From contig JAUIMI010000001.1 of assembly GCA_030433255.1 (NCBI GenBank), positions 311,362-375,361 of the forward strand: a stretch of DNA of 64,000 bases, written 5' to 3'. The DNA comes from a bacterium (GTDB taxonomy: Bacteria > Patescibacteriota > Minisyncoccia > Phycocordibacterales > UBA1006). Below, piece by piece: positions 9,038 to 17,979 of this stretch. Each line of letters starts with the position of its first letter. Positions within the stretch are counted from its first letter, which is position 1. The notes under the pieces are model-generated. The model did not search any database, was not told where the DNA came from, and saw only the letters and a list, made by a program, of their open reading frames with translations. Both the position numbers and the translations under genes were made by a program.

Positions 9038-10978
9038 ATGAAAAAGCGAGTTGGCGTGTGGATACGAGTTTCCACAAAATTACAGCAGAATTCAGATAGC
9101 CCTGAACATCATTTGCAAAAAGCAAAAATGTACGCAGAGCTAAAAGATTGGGATATTGTAGAAGAGTACCACTTAGAAGCTGTTAGCGGCAAAAGCGTGA
9201 TGGAACACCATGAAGCCCAGCGTATGATGCGAGATATTCAAAGTGGTCATATTGAAGGTTTGATCTTCTCGAAGATTGCCCGCTTTGCTCGTAACGTAAA
9301 AGAACTTTTGGAATTCTCAAAACACTTTCAAAAGTATAAGGGAGATATGATTTCCTTGAGTGAATCTATAGATACCAGTACACCTTCTGGTCGCTTTTTC
9401 TTCACCATGATTTCTGCTATGGGTCAGTGGGAACGTGAAAATATTGTTGAACGTATTAAATCATCTGTAGAAGTCAGAGCCAAAATGGGAAAAATAATGG
9501 GTGGTATTCCATTTGGGTATAAACGAGTAGGTAAAGATGATATGGCACTTGATGAACACGAAGCTCCAATTCGTAAAATGATGTTTGACTTGTTTTTGGA
9601 GCATGAACGGCATGCAACCGTAGCCAACATTCTTAACGAAAAAGGATATCGCACCAAACGAAAAAGTAAATTCACCGGTACTACGGTTAAACGACTATTA
9701 CAAGACCCAACTGCAAAAGGTATTAGACGTTCTCATTGCACTAAGATAGATGAAAATGGAAAAACCGTAATGAGGGATAAGTCGGAATGGTACATCCACG
9801 AAGCACCACGAATCGTATCAGACGAAGTATGGGACACCGTAAATGATATTATCCGTAAACAGGAAAAAGAAAAGGTACAACCATTAAATAAAAAGGTGCA
9901 TTTGTTTACAAGCTATTTATTTTGTGAATGCGGTGGCGGTATGTATGTGCCATCGTCAAACCCAAAATACACTTGTAAGAAGTGTAAACGCAAAATCCAT
10001 GTCGAAGATATTGAAGCGATCTTTAAAGAACAGCTCACCGAGTTCATCATTTCAGAAGAAGAAGTAAAACGTTACTTTAATGGCACACACACCATCATCA
10101 GAGAAAAGCAACAAGAGATTGAAAATGTGAAATCAGAAATACTAAAACTTGAAGATAAGATTGAAAAGCTATTTGAACTTCACGAAAAAGGGCAAATTGA
10201 GACTGATAGATTTAAAGATTTCTACGATAAACCAAACAACCAAGTGCAACAATTAAAACTCAGAATCCCACGAATTGAAGGCGAAATCTATGCCTTGAAA
10301 GACCAATTTAAATCAAGTGGATATATTATTGAAGAAGCTCGTTCGTTATATGAAAACTGGCATAAACTCACCAAAAGGCAAAAACGTAACATCATAGAAA
10401 TCATTACCGAAAAGATAGTGGTATCAGAGCAGGAAGTGAACATCACACTTAACTATATTCTTCCAAAGACACCATCTTTGAAAACGACTGCAAATGGTAC
10501 TCATGGACTATACTCAATGAGTACCATTTGCAGTTTTAAACTGAAACCAAAGTTACGCAAAATACCTAAAGCAAAACCCTTTACCCACTCACTTGGAGAG
10601 TACATCCGACACGAAAGGCTAAAAAAGCACATTTCACAAGAAGCATTAGCAAAACAGTTTGGTGTTAATGGAGTTGCTTTATCTATGTGGGAACTAAAAC
10701 GTAAGCCAGTACATCCAAAACGTTTTCAATCGGTGATTGATTTTCTTGATTACGTTCCTAAAAAGTCATCGAAGTTTGATAAGCTAGGAACACGCACTCA
10801 ATTATGGCGATTACAAAATGAGGTGAGCCTCCAAGAGTTTTCAGAATTGGTACATGTTCCCATAGAAGAAATTACACGAATAGAAACAGCTAGATATTGT
10901 AAAATTGACAGTAAGGTATCTGAAATCATCAACGCATTCATCAAACACTCTATTTCTTCCCACGAAGTGCTTTCATAA
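9038..10978 (+). CDS. large serine recombinase (resolvase/invertase N-terminal domain, recombinase domain and zinc ribbon) with a C-terminal HTH extension
   Basis: The N-terminal VGVWIRVSTKLQ carries the serine nucleophile context. A Cys4 zinc ribbon (CECGGG ... CKKCKRK) and coiled-coil segments follow. One or two XRE-like HTH motifs sit at the C-terminus (ISQEALAKQFGVNGVALSMWE). Confidence 0.85.
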   Translation: MKKRVGVWIRVSTKLQQNSDSPEHHLQKAKMYAELKDWDIVEEYHLEAVSGKSVMEHHEAQRMMRDIQSGHIEGLIFSKIARFARNVKELLEFSKHFQKYKGDMISLSESIDTSTPSGRFFFTMISAMGQWERENIVERIKSSVEVRAKMGKIMGGIPFGYKRVGKDDMALDEHEAPIRKMMFDLFLEHERHATVANILNEKGYRTKRKSKFTGTTVKRLLQDPTAKGIRRSHCTKIDENGKTVMRDKSEWYIHEAPRIVSDEVWDTVNDIIRKQEKEKVQPLNKKVHLFTSYLFCECGGGMYVPSSNPKYTCKKCKRKIHVEDIEAIFKEQLTEFIISEEEVKRYFNGTHTIIREKQQEIENVKSEILKLEDKIEKLFELHEKGQIETDRFKDFYDKPNNQVQQLKLRIPRIEGEIYALKDQFKSSGYIIEEARSLYENWHKLTKRQKRNIIEIITEKIVVSEQEVNITLNYILPKTPSLKTTANGTHGLYSMSTICSFKLKPKLRKIPKAKPFTHSLGEYIRHERLKKHISQEALAKQFGVNGVALSMWELKRKPVHPKRFQSVIDFLDYVPKKSSKFDKLGTRTQLWRLQNEVSLQEFSELVHVPIEEITRIETARYCKIDSKVSEIINAFIKHSISSHEVLS

Positions 10979-13900
10979 TAATATTAGTTATCGAAGCCTG
11001 CTTATTGGTGTCATTGTCTGTTTTGTAATCCACGTTTACACGGTAGCCACGTACACGCTTTACTTTGGTTTTTGGTTGAATTAAGGCATCAAGATACAGC
11101 AGTAATTCTTCAGATTTGAAGAAGTGGATTTTTAAGTGTTGTTTTTTAGAAATATTCTTTAAGGCTTGTTCCTTGATATTCTTAAGATGCTTTTCGTCCT
11201 CTGAAATCATATATACCAAAGAGTAGTTATCATCCAAGCACTTTTGAATATTTTGTACTTCATAATCTACTCTATTAGTTACTGAAATTTCAATGGCAAT
11301 ACGAATATCATCTTTTAACAGCGATACATCAACTTTGCCACCATTTAATGTTGAATCTTCAAGTGTTGCCTTAAACCCTCGCTGGAGAGCCATAGAACGA
11401 ATGTAATTTTGAATTGAACGATGCTGACGGACAATCTCCTGTTCTTCGGCTTGTTGTAAGTATTTTTCTTTACGAGCTTCTAAATCATCAGTCTTTTCTA
11501 AATTTTCAGTTTTTGGAGATGGTTTTGTTTCAGTAATGGGCTTTTCAACTTCACTTTTCTTATCTTCAACAATTACGGGTTCAACAGATTTTTCAATTTT
11601 GGGTTCTGTTGTTTTAGTTTTGAGTTTAGTCTTTTGGGGTGTTTGCTTAGGAAGCAAGGAAGCTAACAACTCATCAAGTTCTGCTTTAGATTTGCTGTAG
11701 CTTTTTCTTGTATGAGCAACAATACTATCTCTATTTACTTCGGCATTAGTTTCAGCTATAGACAATGGAAAGGTTGAAATATTAAAATCATCACTTGAAG
11801 AACCTACGCGCATAATGGCTTGTCCGATACCGAGACTCTGTAAATCATCTTGCTCAAAATATGAAAAACCAGACTCCAATCGTTTCGCATCGCTATCGCC
11901 TAGACGAAAACAAATCCGTGTTTTTGGATTTGATAAAACAGAGTTCAACAATTTTGCATCTTCAATTTGAGCCAATTCTTGATGAGCAATGGTAATACCT
12001 AAACCATATTTTCTAGCACCACTTAATATACGTTCAATACTTGGTGTGATGAAATTTTGGAACTCATCTAGGTATAACATAAAAGGTTTACGGCTATCCT
12101 TACCTTTAGATTGCCTTGCCAATGCCGATTGATTAAATTTTGCCAAGAACAATGAGCCTAATAAATAGGAATTCTGTTCTCCAATAAGGCCTTGCGATAA
12201 TTTCAGTAAAACAATTTTGTTGGTATTAAGGCAATTTGCTACATCAACACCTTTGTTTTGAGCTAACATATAGCGCACCAATTTTGGACGTAAAAATGTA
12301 TCTATACGAGTAAGTAGTGGTGCAATACCTTTTCGTACCAAAGGATATTCATTATTCCAATAGTAATGTAACGAAGGGTCGTTGACCGTTTTTAAGTATT
12401 GAACTCTATAAGGTTCTTCAAGTAGAAAACGCTTTAATTCAATAAGCGTTCCACCTTGAGTGCTCTCTAACATGGTATTTACAGCGTTTTGCAATACCGC
12501 AGTCATATTATCTCCCCAAGCAGTGGCATGACGTTTAAATGCCGAAACTAAATCTGATGAGAGTACAATTTTTTCAGCATCGGTATGCGCTTCTAATAGA
12601 TTGAATCCAATAGGGAAGTCAGCATCGGAAGGGTCTATTAAAACTACATCATTAATCCTGTTTTCTGGAATACGCTCTAAAATATCATCAATGATGTCGC
12701 CATGTGGATCGAACATAGCACAACCCATTCCATTTTCAATATCGGCAAGCATCATATTTGCCAGTAGAGTACTTTTACCAACGCCTGTGGCTCCTATTAC
12801 GTGTGTATGGGACAAACGTGTTTCATAGCTTAATTGAACAGGAATATCTTCTTGATTATGGGTATTGACTCCAATTAGGATGCCTTGATTGTCCTTTTGG
12901 TGTATACGTTTGGTTTTACCAACTTGCCATTGTAGTTTTTTAGAAACCACCGTTTTATTGGGATAGTGCAAAAAGGTATTCAGTTCCTTGGAATTCAATA
13001 CAAAGCCCAATCGGTTACTGAGGCGATGATGTAGATTGTATTTATGGAAATCATAATCATACCCTTCATTGGATAAAGGGATGAGTTTGTTATGCTGAGA
13101 GGTTGAAACTGCCGAAATACTTCGTGCTAACTCTTGTGCCAGATACTGACTCCTGTAATTGTCCTTGCCTTGAGTAGCTATACGCATCACCACTGAAAAT
13201 AGTGGATGTGCTATTTTTTCTTTGGCACACTGTGGCATTTCAGGAGCATCCGAAAAAAAAGAACCGCCAGCACCATCATTTACCGAATACATTGTATCCT
13301 TTGCTAAAGGAGAACTAATACCTTTAAACAGAATTTGAAAAACAGCAACATCATCATCCTGCAAAGCTTCCATAGTTGCGATGACTGAAGTTAATGGGTC
13401 TATGTTAAAAGAATCAGACGTAACTATGCTTCGCATATATTCACTATTAAGCCCAAAGTCTGCAATAGCGATATCATTTTTGTTTGAAAATCCAAAATCA
13501 TCAACTTCAATAGTTTTAATTATAACCATTGGAAAGTATGCCGATAATTGCGATTTCAATCTGCCTCTATCCTGTTTACTACATACCATTTGAATTTGGA
13601 TAGTATCTGAATTACCAATAATTTCAAAGGACAGTAAATGTTCTGTAAAGGATAGTAGATTGAGAAGTTCGATATTCCTGCTTGGATTGATTTCAGTCCC
13701 ATACGGAAAGGAAATTGAGAGACCAACAAGTTGAGGCTTTTCTGAAACTTCAAGAAAACGAGGTTTAACCTCTATTAAATCTTCTTCTGGTTCTTCTTCT
13801 TTAGGAGGAGCAAGTAATTTGGTTACTTGTTTGAATAATGAAGGTGCTCTACCATCATCTTGTATTGAAGGTCGGTTTTGGCTTACATGCTGAAAGGGAA

Positions 13901-14009
13901 CATAGGGAACCTCAATATCAATAGGAGTATCGAAATTGTAATACCCACGAAATCGATACTCCCAATTATAGAAATTAAGGGTTGCTTGTTCACTTCTTGT
14001 TAAACCCAT
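10950..14009 (-). CDS. FtsK/HerA/TrwB-superfamily P-loop ATPase (DUF87 or type IV coupling-protein-like) with an unknown 400-aa N-terminal domain, a K/E/P-rich linker and a C-terminal possible nuclease-like domain
   Basis: Walker A GATGVGKST is present, then FDPHGD, Walker B LYLDEFQNF and an AHQ motif. No TM helices are evident. The C-terminal roughly 120 aa show a D...E-I-S pattern weakly reminiscent of PD-(D/E)xK folds. Confidence 0.65.
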   Translation of the reverse strand: MGLTRSEQATLNFYNWEYRFRGYYNFDTPIDIEVPYVPFQHVSQNRPSIQDDGRAPSLFKQVTKLLAPPKEEEPEEDLIEVKPRFLEVSEKPQLVGLSISFPYGTEINPSRNIELLNLLSFTEHLLSFEIIGNSDTIQIQMVCSKQDRGRLKSQLSAYFPMVIIKTIEVDDFGFSNKNDIAIADFGLNSEYMRSIVTSDSFNIDPLTSVIATMEALQDDDVAVFQILFKGISSPLAKDTMYSVNDGAGGSFFSDAPEMPQCAKEKIAHPLFSVVMRIATQGKDNYRSQYLAQELARSISAVSTSQHNKLIPLSNEGYDYDFHKYNLHHRLSNRLGFVLNSKELNTFLHYPNKTVVSKKLQWQVGKTKRIHQKDNQGILIGVNTHNQEDIPVQLSYETRLSHTHVIGATGVGKSTLLANMMLADIENGMGCAMFDPHGDIIDDILERIPENRINDVVLIDPSDADFPIGFNLLEAHTDAEKIVLSSDLVSAFKRHATAWGDNMTAVLQNAVNTMLESTQGGTLIELKRFLLEEPYRVQYLKTVNDPSLHYYWNNEYPLVRKGIAPLLTRIDTFLRPKLVRYMLAQNKGVDVANCLNTNKIVLLKLSQGLIGEQNSYLLGSLFLAKFNQSALARQSKGKDSRKPFMLYLDEFQNFITPSIERILSGARKYGLGITIAHQELAQIEDAKLLNSVLSNPKTRICFRLGDSDAKRLESGFSYFEQDDLQSLGIGQAIMRVGSSSDDFNISTFPLSIAETNAEVNRDSIVAHTRKSYSKSKAELDELLASLLPKQTPQKTKLKTKTTEPKIEKSVEPVIVEDKKSEVEKPITETKPSPKTENLEKTDDLEARKEKYLQQAEEQEIVRQHRSIQNYIRSMALQRGFKATLEDSTLNGGKVDVSLLKDDIRIAIEISVTNRVDYEVQNIQKCLDDNYSLVYMISEDEKHLKNIKEQALKNISKKQHLKIHFFKSEELLLYLDALIQPKTKVKRVRGYRVNVDYKTDNDTNKQASITNIIMKALRGKK

Positions 14010-14014
14010 GTCAT

Positions 14015-14599
14015 CTATCTGATAAATACATCATTTAACATAGGCTTACGCTCTGCCTCACTGATAGAGCGGATTCCTTTATCGTTGGTAATGTCATCAA
14101 TGACTTTTAACACCGAAGATTGAGCGTAGCTCATAAACATACTGGCAGTATCTATCCTGTAATAGGTTACTGGATACAATTTTCTTGCAAGCCAACCACC
14201 TATAAATGGAATTTTAGCAACCAATATCTTGCCAATGGAATCTTTATACAATAACCACCAAGACACGAAAAAGCCATGACCAAACTTGGCTCCACAAATA
14301 TCATATTGGTAATCTTTCCATATAGCTCGTAAATAGATGCGAGAATGAGACATCGCTCCTCCTTCTTTAATGAATTTTTCTTTGATATTGATTTTTGTAA
14401 TGCCGTGAGATTCCAGTTCGGTTTTTAATAAGGCATAAAACTCTTTAGGTGAGTATTCAAAGTTATCAATAAGGGTACTCCACCGTGAGTGATAGTTTTT
14501 TCTGGTTTTACTGAAAATAAATCTTAAAACTAGAAAAGCAACAATTCCAGCTAGGACATACATCCCATATTTTGTTAGATAAAAAGTGAATTCATTCAT
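14015..14599 (-). CDS. hypothetical membrane-anchored protein
   Basis: It has a single N-terminal TM helix. It lies 5 bp upstream of the ATPase gene and 26 bp downstream of the AlaX-like gene on the same strand. Confidence 0.45.
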   Translation of the reverse strand: MNEFTFYLTKYGMYVLAGIVAFLVLRFIFSKTRKNYHSRWSTLIDNFEYSPKEFYALLKTELESHGITKINIKEKFIKEGGAMSHSRIYLRAIWKDYQYDICGAKFGHGFFVSWWLLYKDSIGKILVAKIPFIGGWLARKLYPVTYYRIDTASMFMSYAQSSVLKVIDDITNDKGIRSISEAERKPMLNDVFIR

Positions 14600-14625
14600 A
14601 GGGTTTCAAGTTTTAGTTGTTAGAC

Positions 14626-15534
14626 TTATATTAATTGTGTCTTTATTGATAAGGTTTTTTCCTCTTCATTATAGAAGCAGTCTACAGTAACTTTAGGTAA
14701 TTGGGACAAAGAGCTAACATGAGTTCCTCCACAAGGGATAGTAACAAATCTATCATTTATTTTTACTTTAAAATTTCGTTTAGCCCCTAATTGAATATTA
14801 TCTCCGAACATACTTACTTTAGAAGATTTATTGATATCTATAAGTTTGTTTAAACTACTCGACAACTCAATAGAAAACTTTTTAAAATCTAAGCTTTTGA
14901 ATTTAACTAAGTCAAACCCTTTCTTTGATAAACTTTTACCAATACGATATACATCAGTAGCATAATAAGTGTAGATTTTTGATTTCTGTATTGCTAAGGC
15001 ATCAAAATTTGGATTATTAAGATCATCTTTAAAATCCACCTCTTTTTTCCAAAATGAAGCTAGTTCTTCATTAAGAATTATTGACATCAAATGAACGGTA
15101 GTGTGTGTTTTAGAGAGATTTTCTCTAAATTTTTCGTCTACATATAACTCGCAATCTAAATCAATTAATGAGTTTTCATTTAATGAGTTTAAATCGTCAA
15201 TAATAAAATGCCCTATCATGGCAATATATATACCTTCTTGAAGCCCTTTATAAAAAGCACTTTTACTTTTGGGAAATACATTCTTTCTAGTATTTATGTC
15301 TATAATTATAATACGAGAGTCTTCAACCTTATATGTTTTTCCTTGAATGACTATTTTTCCTTTATCTCCTGGTTGATCTCCACCTAGATAATCTTCAGGG
15401 TGAAATGGACTCATGTCTGTACAAACATATAGACCCTCAGGAAAAGAAAAGACACCTTTTATTTTAGCTTTAGAATAGGTTGAATTTTCATAATATAATG
15501 CTTGGCTAGTTGTTGTTCTATTTGAGATTTTCAT
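14626..15534 (-). CDS. AlaX-M-type alanyl-tRNA synthetase-like trans-editing domain protein
   Basis: The N-domain signature is ALYYENS ... FSFPEGLYVCTDMSPFHPEDYLGGDQPGDKG, of the LYY ... FYP.GGGQP.D.G type. The editing-site zinc motifs HTTVHLM (HxxxH) and CGGTHV (CxxxH) are separated by about 115 aa, as in AlaRS/AlaX editing domains. Confidence 0.7.
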   Translation of the reverse strand: MKISNRTTTSQALYYENSTYSKAKIKGVFSFPEGLYVCTDMSPFHPEDYLGGDQPGDKGKIVIQGKTYKVEDSRIIIIDINTRKNVFPKSKSAFYKGLQEGIYIAMIGHFIIDDLNSLNENSLIDLDCELYVDEKFRENLSKTHTTVHLMSIILNEELASFWKKEVDFKDDLNNPNFDALAIQKSKIYTYYATDVYRIGKSLSKKGFDLVKFKSLDFKKFSIELSSSLNKLIDINKSSKVSMFGDNIQLGAKRNFKVKINDRFVTIPCGGTHVSSLSQLPKVTVDCFYNEEEKTLSIKTQLI

Positions 15535-16553
15535 AAGTTAATTATATAAGGATTAGTACTTTTTACAAACTGCATCTTCACTTTTGACCTAAGAGTCACT
15601 ATTCTTTGAAGCCAACGATCGTGTCCATCAAATTTTGCGGGGAACAATGATCTACCATGGACTGCTTTATCATTATCTATAATTAATAAATCGCCTGGTT
15701 TAAGAGCTATCTTTATAGCGCTTTCATGTATAAGTAATTTTAATTCTTTAAATGCTGTTTCTGCTTTTTTTGTTAAGAACTTGGTAGTATATAATGGATC
15801 ATACCTCAAGGTAAGTGTCTTTTTAAATTCTAATATTGACACCTTAACTTCTTTTTGAACACCATGGGCTTCGTCTGAAGAAATAATAAAATTGGGCATT
15901 AGTAATTGTTCAATTGTTTGTGGTTTTAACTTATAAAAGTCTATTTTAGAAATTAACGTATAAGCTTCTGGTGTTCCTCTTAAACATAATAATAGTATAT
16001 GATTGCACCTAAGGTTGTGAAATGCATCTTCTGTATGCCAATCTAAATAGACTCTCCCCGTTCCTAATTGTTTATTTTGGTCTTTTATTTTGGGAAAAAG
16101 ATTTTGTATTACAAGTCCTTTTCTTTGCGAAAAATAGCCATAAGGATATCCTATTAAATTAGCTATAGCAATAAGAATGATTTCACTGTAAGATGTCATT
16201 TTTAAATCTAAATTTCCAGTTGGCCCAAGATGTTGGTCTAGCAATAAATTTTCAATTAAAAAAGCACCTATAGTATTAGATTTATTTGCAAACTCAACAA
16301 TAGAATCTTCTAATTCATTAGGAAGCACATCTGAAACATCATCACTCGCCCTAGAAATATTGAAGTAATTTTTTTGATTAAACTTTTTTTCCGCTTTGAT
16401 GGAAACTTTATTTTTTATGAACTTATTTTCATCAGATGACAGTCTATAAAAAGATTCAAATTTTGTTAGCTGAATTTTTTCATGAATTTTTCTTAAGTCT
16501 TTCACTATATCTCTTTTTTTAGTAAAATTAGATTTATAACTATTTGTAACCAA
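15531..16553 (-). CDS. Fe(II)/2-oxoglutarate-dependent oxygenase of the TauD/TfdA/clavaminate-synthase-like family (putative amino-acid hydroxylase)
   Basis: WHTEDAFH (an HxE/D facial-triad motif) is followed by LLLCLR. The C-terminal GDLLIIDNDKAVHGRS ... RWLQR supplies the second His and an Arg, as in TauD/CAS-like enzymes. A 4-bp ATGA overlap links it to the downstream AlaX-like gene. Confidence 0.6.
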   Translation of the reverse strand: MVTNSYKSNFTKKRDIVKDLRKIHEKIQLTKFESFYRLSSDENKFIKNKVSIKAEKKFNQKNYFNISRASDDVSDVLPNELEDSIVEFANKSNTIGAFLIENLLLDQHLGPTGNLDLKMTSYSEIILIAIANLIGYPYGYFSQRKGLVIQNLFPKIKDQNKQLGTGRVYLDWHTEDAFHNLRCNHILLLCLRGTPEAYTLISKIDFYKLKPQTIEQLLMPNFIISSDEAHGVQKEVKVSILEFKKTLTLRYDPLYTTKFLTKKAETAFKELKLLIHESAIKIALKPGDLLIIDNDKAVHGRSLFPAKFDGHDRWLQRIVTLRSKVKMQFVKSTNPYIINL

Positions 16554-16630
16554 TACGGATTTTCCCTTAATTTTTAATGCTGATTATCTGAAAGACAATA
16601 ATTTCAAGTAGATTTACTTCATTATTCGAA

Positions 16631-17320
16631 ATGATGAACATCAGATTATTAATATTCGTAATCTTTCTTGCTCTTGGAATTGGATGCCATGCGGGCTCTT
16701 ATGCCTTCAATAATGAAAAACTTTTAGAACTATTATCGCAGGCTGAAAAACTGGAACAGAACAAGGAGTATTCAACCGCATTGAATGTATATAATGAGGC
16801 TCTGAAAATTGCATCCAAAGAAGAGCGTATTGAAGACGCCAGTTACATTTACAATAAAATAGGATTAGTCTATTACAGACAAAAGCAATACGAAACAGCA
16901 AAATCCAATTTTAAGACCAGCATCCTAAAATCCAATATTTCTAATAGTGCTGCAGATTCTTATTTCAATCTCTCGCTGATTTACAGAAAACAAAACTCAA
17001 AGGATAGCCTTCTATGGTCATTGAATAGGTCTTTGGAAATTTATGGTGGTTTGGAAGATAGCAACAGTAAATTTTCAACCTATTCCAAAGCTGGAATTCT
17101 CTATAAACAGCTGGGTATGTATGACAAAGCCATTGAATATTTGCTTTTGGCTTATGACGGATTAGATAATAAAGAAAATGAGTCCCAAAAAACTTCGGTT
17201 TGCTACACCATTGGTGAGACGCAACGCCTTTTGGGAAATTTAGACATTGCTAAAACTTATCTAAAAGAAAGCCTTCAGATTAGAAATAGACTTAATGATT
17301 CTCTTAAAACGTCTTCATAG
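16631..17320 (+). CDS. TPR-repeat lipoprotein
   Basis: A lipobox (LALGIGC) is present. Several 34-aa TPR-like repeats with an A/Y/L pattern follow. Confidence 0.6.
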   Translation: MMNIRLLIFVIFLALGIGCHAGSYAFNNEKLLELLSQAEKLEQNKEYSTALNVYNEALKIASKEERIEDASYIYNKIGLVYYRQKQYETAKSNFKTSILKSNISNSAADSYFNLSLIYRKQNSKDSLLWSLNRSLEIYGGLEDSNSKFSTYSKAGILYKQLGMYDKAIEYLLLAYDGLDNKENESQKTSVCYTIGETQRLLGNLDIAKTYLKESLQIRNRLNDSLKTSS

Positions 17321-17622
17321 TTAGCAGTGTTTTCGGCTATGGCTAATGCTTGACCACTATGAACTATATCATTATCCTTTACGAGAAGATTGCTAATTTC
17401 ACCACTCATTCTTGCATATTCCTTTTGAGGTGGAATTGTAGTAGTTATTATTACCTGTGACTGAATAATATCAGGATACTTAATATACCATGTTGCTAAA
17501 AACAATAAAAATATAACTACAAAAATTACCGTTATCCCCCATTTTAAAAAAACATTTGGTTGCTTTTCTAAAATTTCTCTAATTTGCTCACTGTGATTAT
17601 CGATTTCGTCAATTTTCATCAT
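17275..17622 (-). pseudogene. N-terminal fragment of an HlyD-family bacteriocin or peptide secretion accessory protein
   Basis: A TM helix is followed by IIQSQVIITTT-PPQKEYARMSGEISNLLVKDNDIVHSGQALA, typical of the first 110 aa of LcnD/ComB-type HlyD proteins. The ORF ends after 115 aa and overlaps the convergent TPR gene. Confidence 0.5.
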
Positions 17623-17876
17623 TAACTTCCTAATTCTAATTGATCTTTAACTAACTTATAATAGACTCCTTTATTATTTACTAACTTTTGATGATCACCT
17701 TCCTCAATTATTTCTCCTTTTTCTAAACAGCTCCCTAAATAATCTTTAATCTTAGCCCATGTACCATCACACCCATGACAATCAGACCAGTCACCTCCTT
17801 GAACTTTTTCAAGTACATCACTAGTGTTTACGTTTTCTGCTTTTGCTTTAAAAGCTTCAAGACTTAATCTCTTCAT
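17622..17876 (-). CDS. double-glycine-leader peptide-like ORF fused in frame to the C-terminal tail of a bacteriocin-type ABC exporter (remnant)
   Basis: The N-terminus MKRLSLEAFKAKAENVNTSDVLEKVQGG resembles a GG-type leader. The Cys-rich DWSDCHGCDGTWAKIKDYLGSC follows. The last 34 aa (LEKGEIIEEGDHQKLVNNKGVYYKLVKDQLELGS) match the conserved C-terminus of C39-peptidase ABC exporters. Confidence 0.45.
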   Translation of the reverse strand: MKRLSLEAFKAKAENVNTSDVLEKVQGGDWSDCHGCDGTWAKIKDYLGSCLEKGEIIEEGDHQKLVNNKGVYYKLVKDQLELGS

Positions 17877-17962
17877 AATAAAAAGTTTTATATAGTTTAC
17901 TTGCCTACTCTTTTAGCTTTTCGGCTCCCGCTATTATTATTTTCTAAATAAACGAAAAATAT

Positions 17963-17979
17963 TGGTCATTATTGACCAA
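17963..17979. promoter_or_regulatory. palindromic operator-like site TTGGTCA-tta-TTGACCAA overlapping a putative -35 element
   Basis: This is a near-perfect inverted repeat in the divergent intergenic region between the GG-leader ORF and the XRE regulator gene. TTGACC is followed about 15-17 nt later by TATATT. Confidence 0.4.

Noticed and set aside
10950-14009. Calling the 1019-aa ATPase a bona fide VirD4/TraG coupling protein of a conjugative T4SS
   Set aside because: It has no N-terminal transmembrane anchor, and no VirB4, VirB6 or relaxase genes lie nearby. Only a family-level FtsK/HerA/TrwB-like call is justified.
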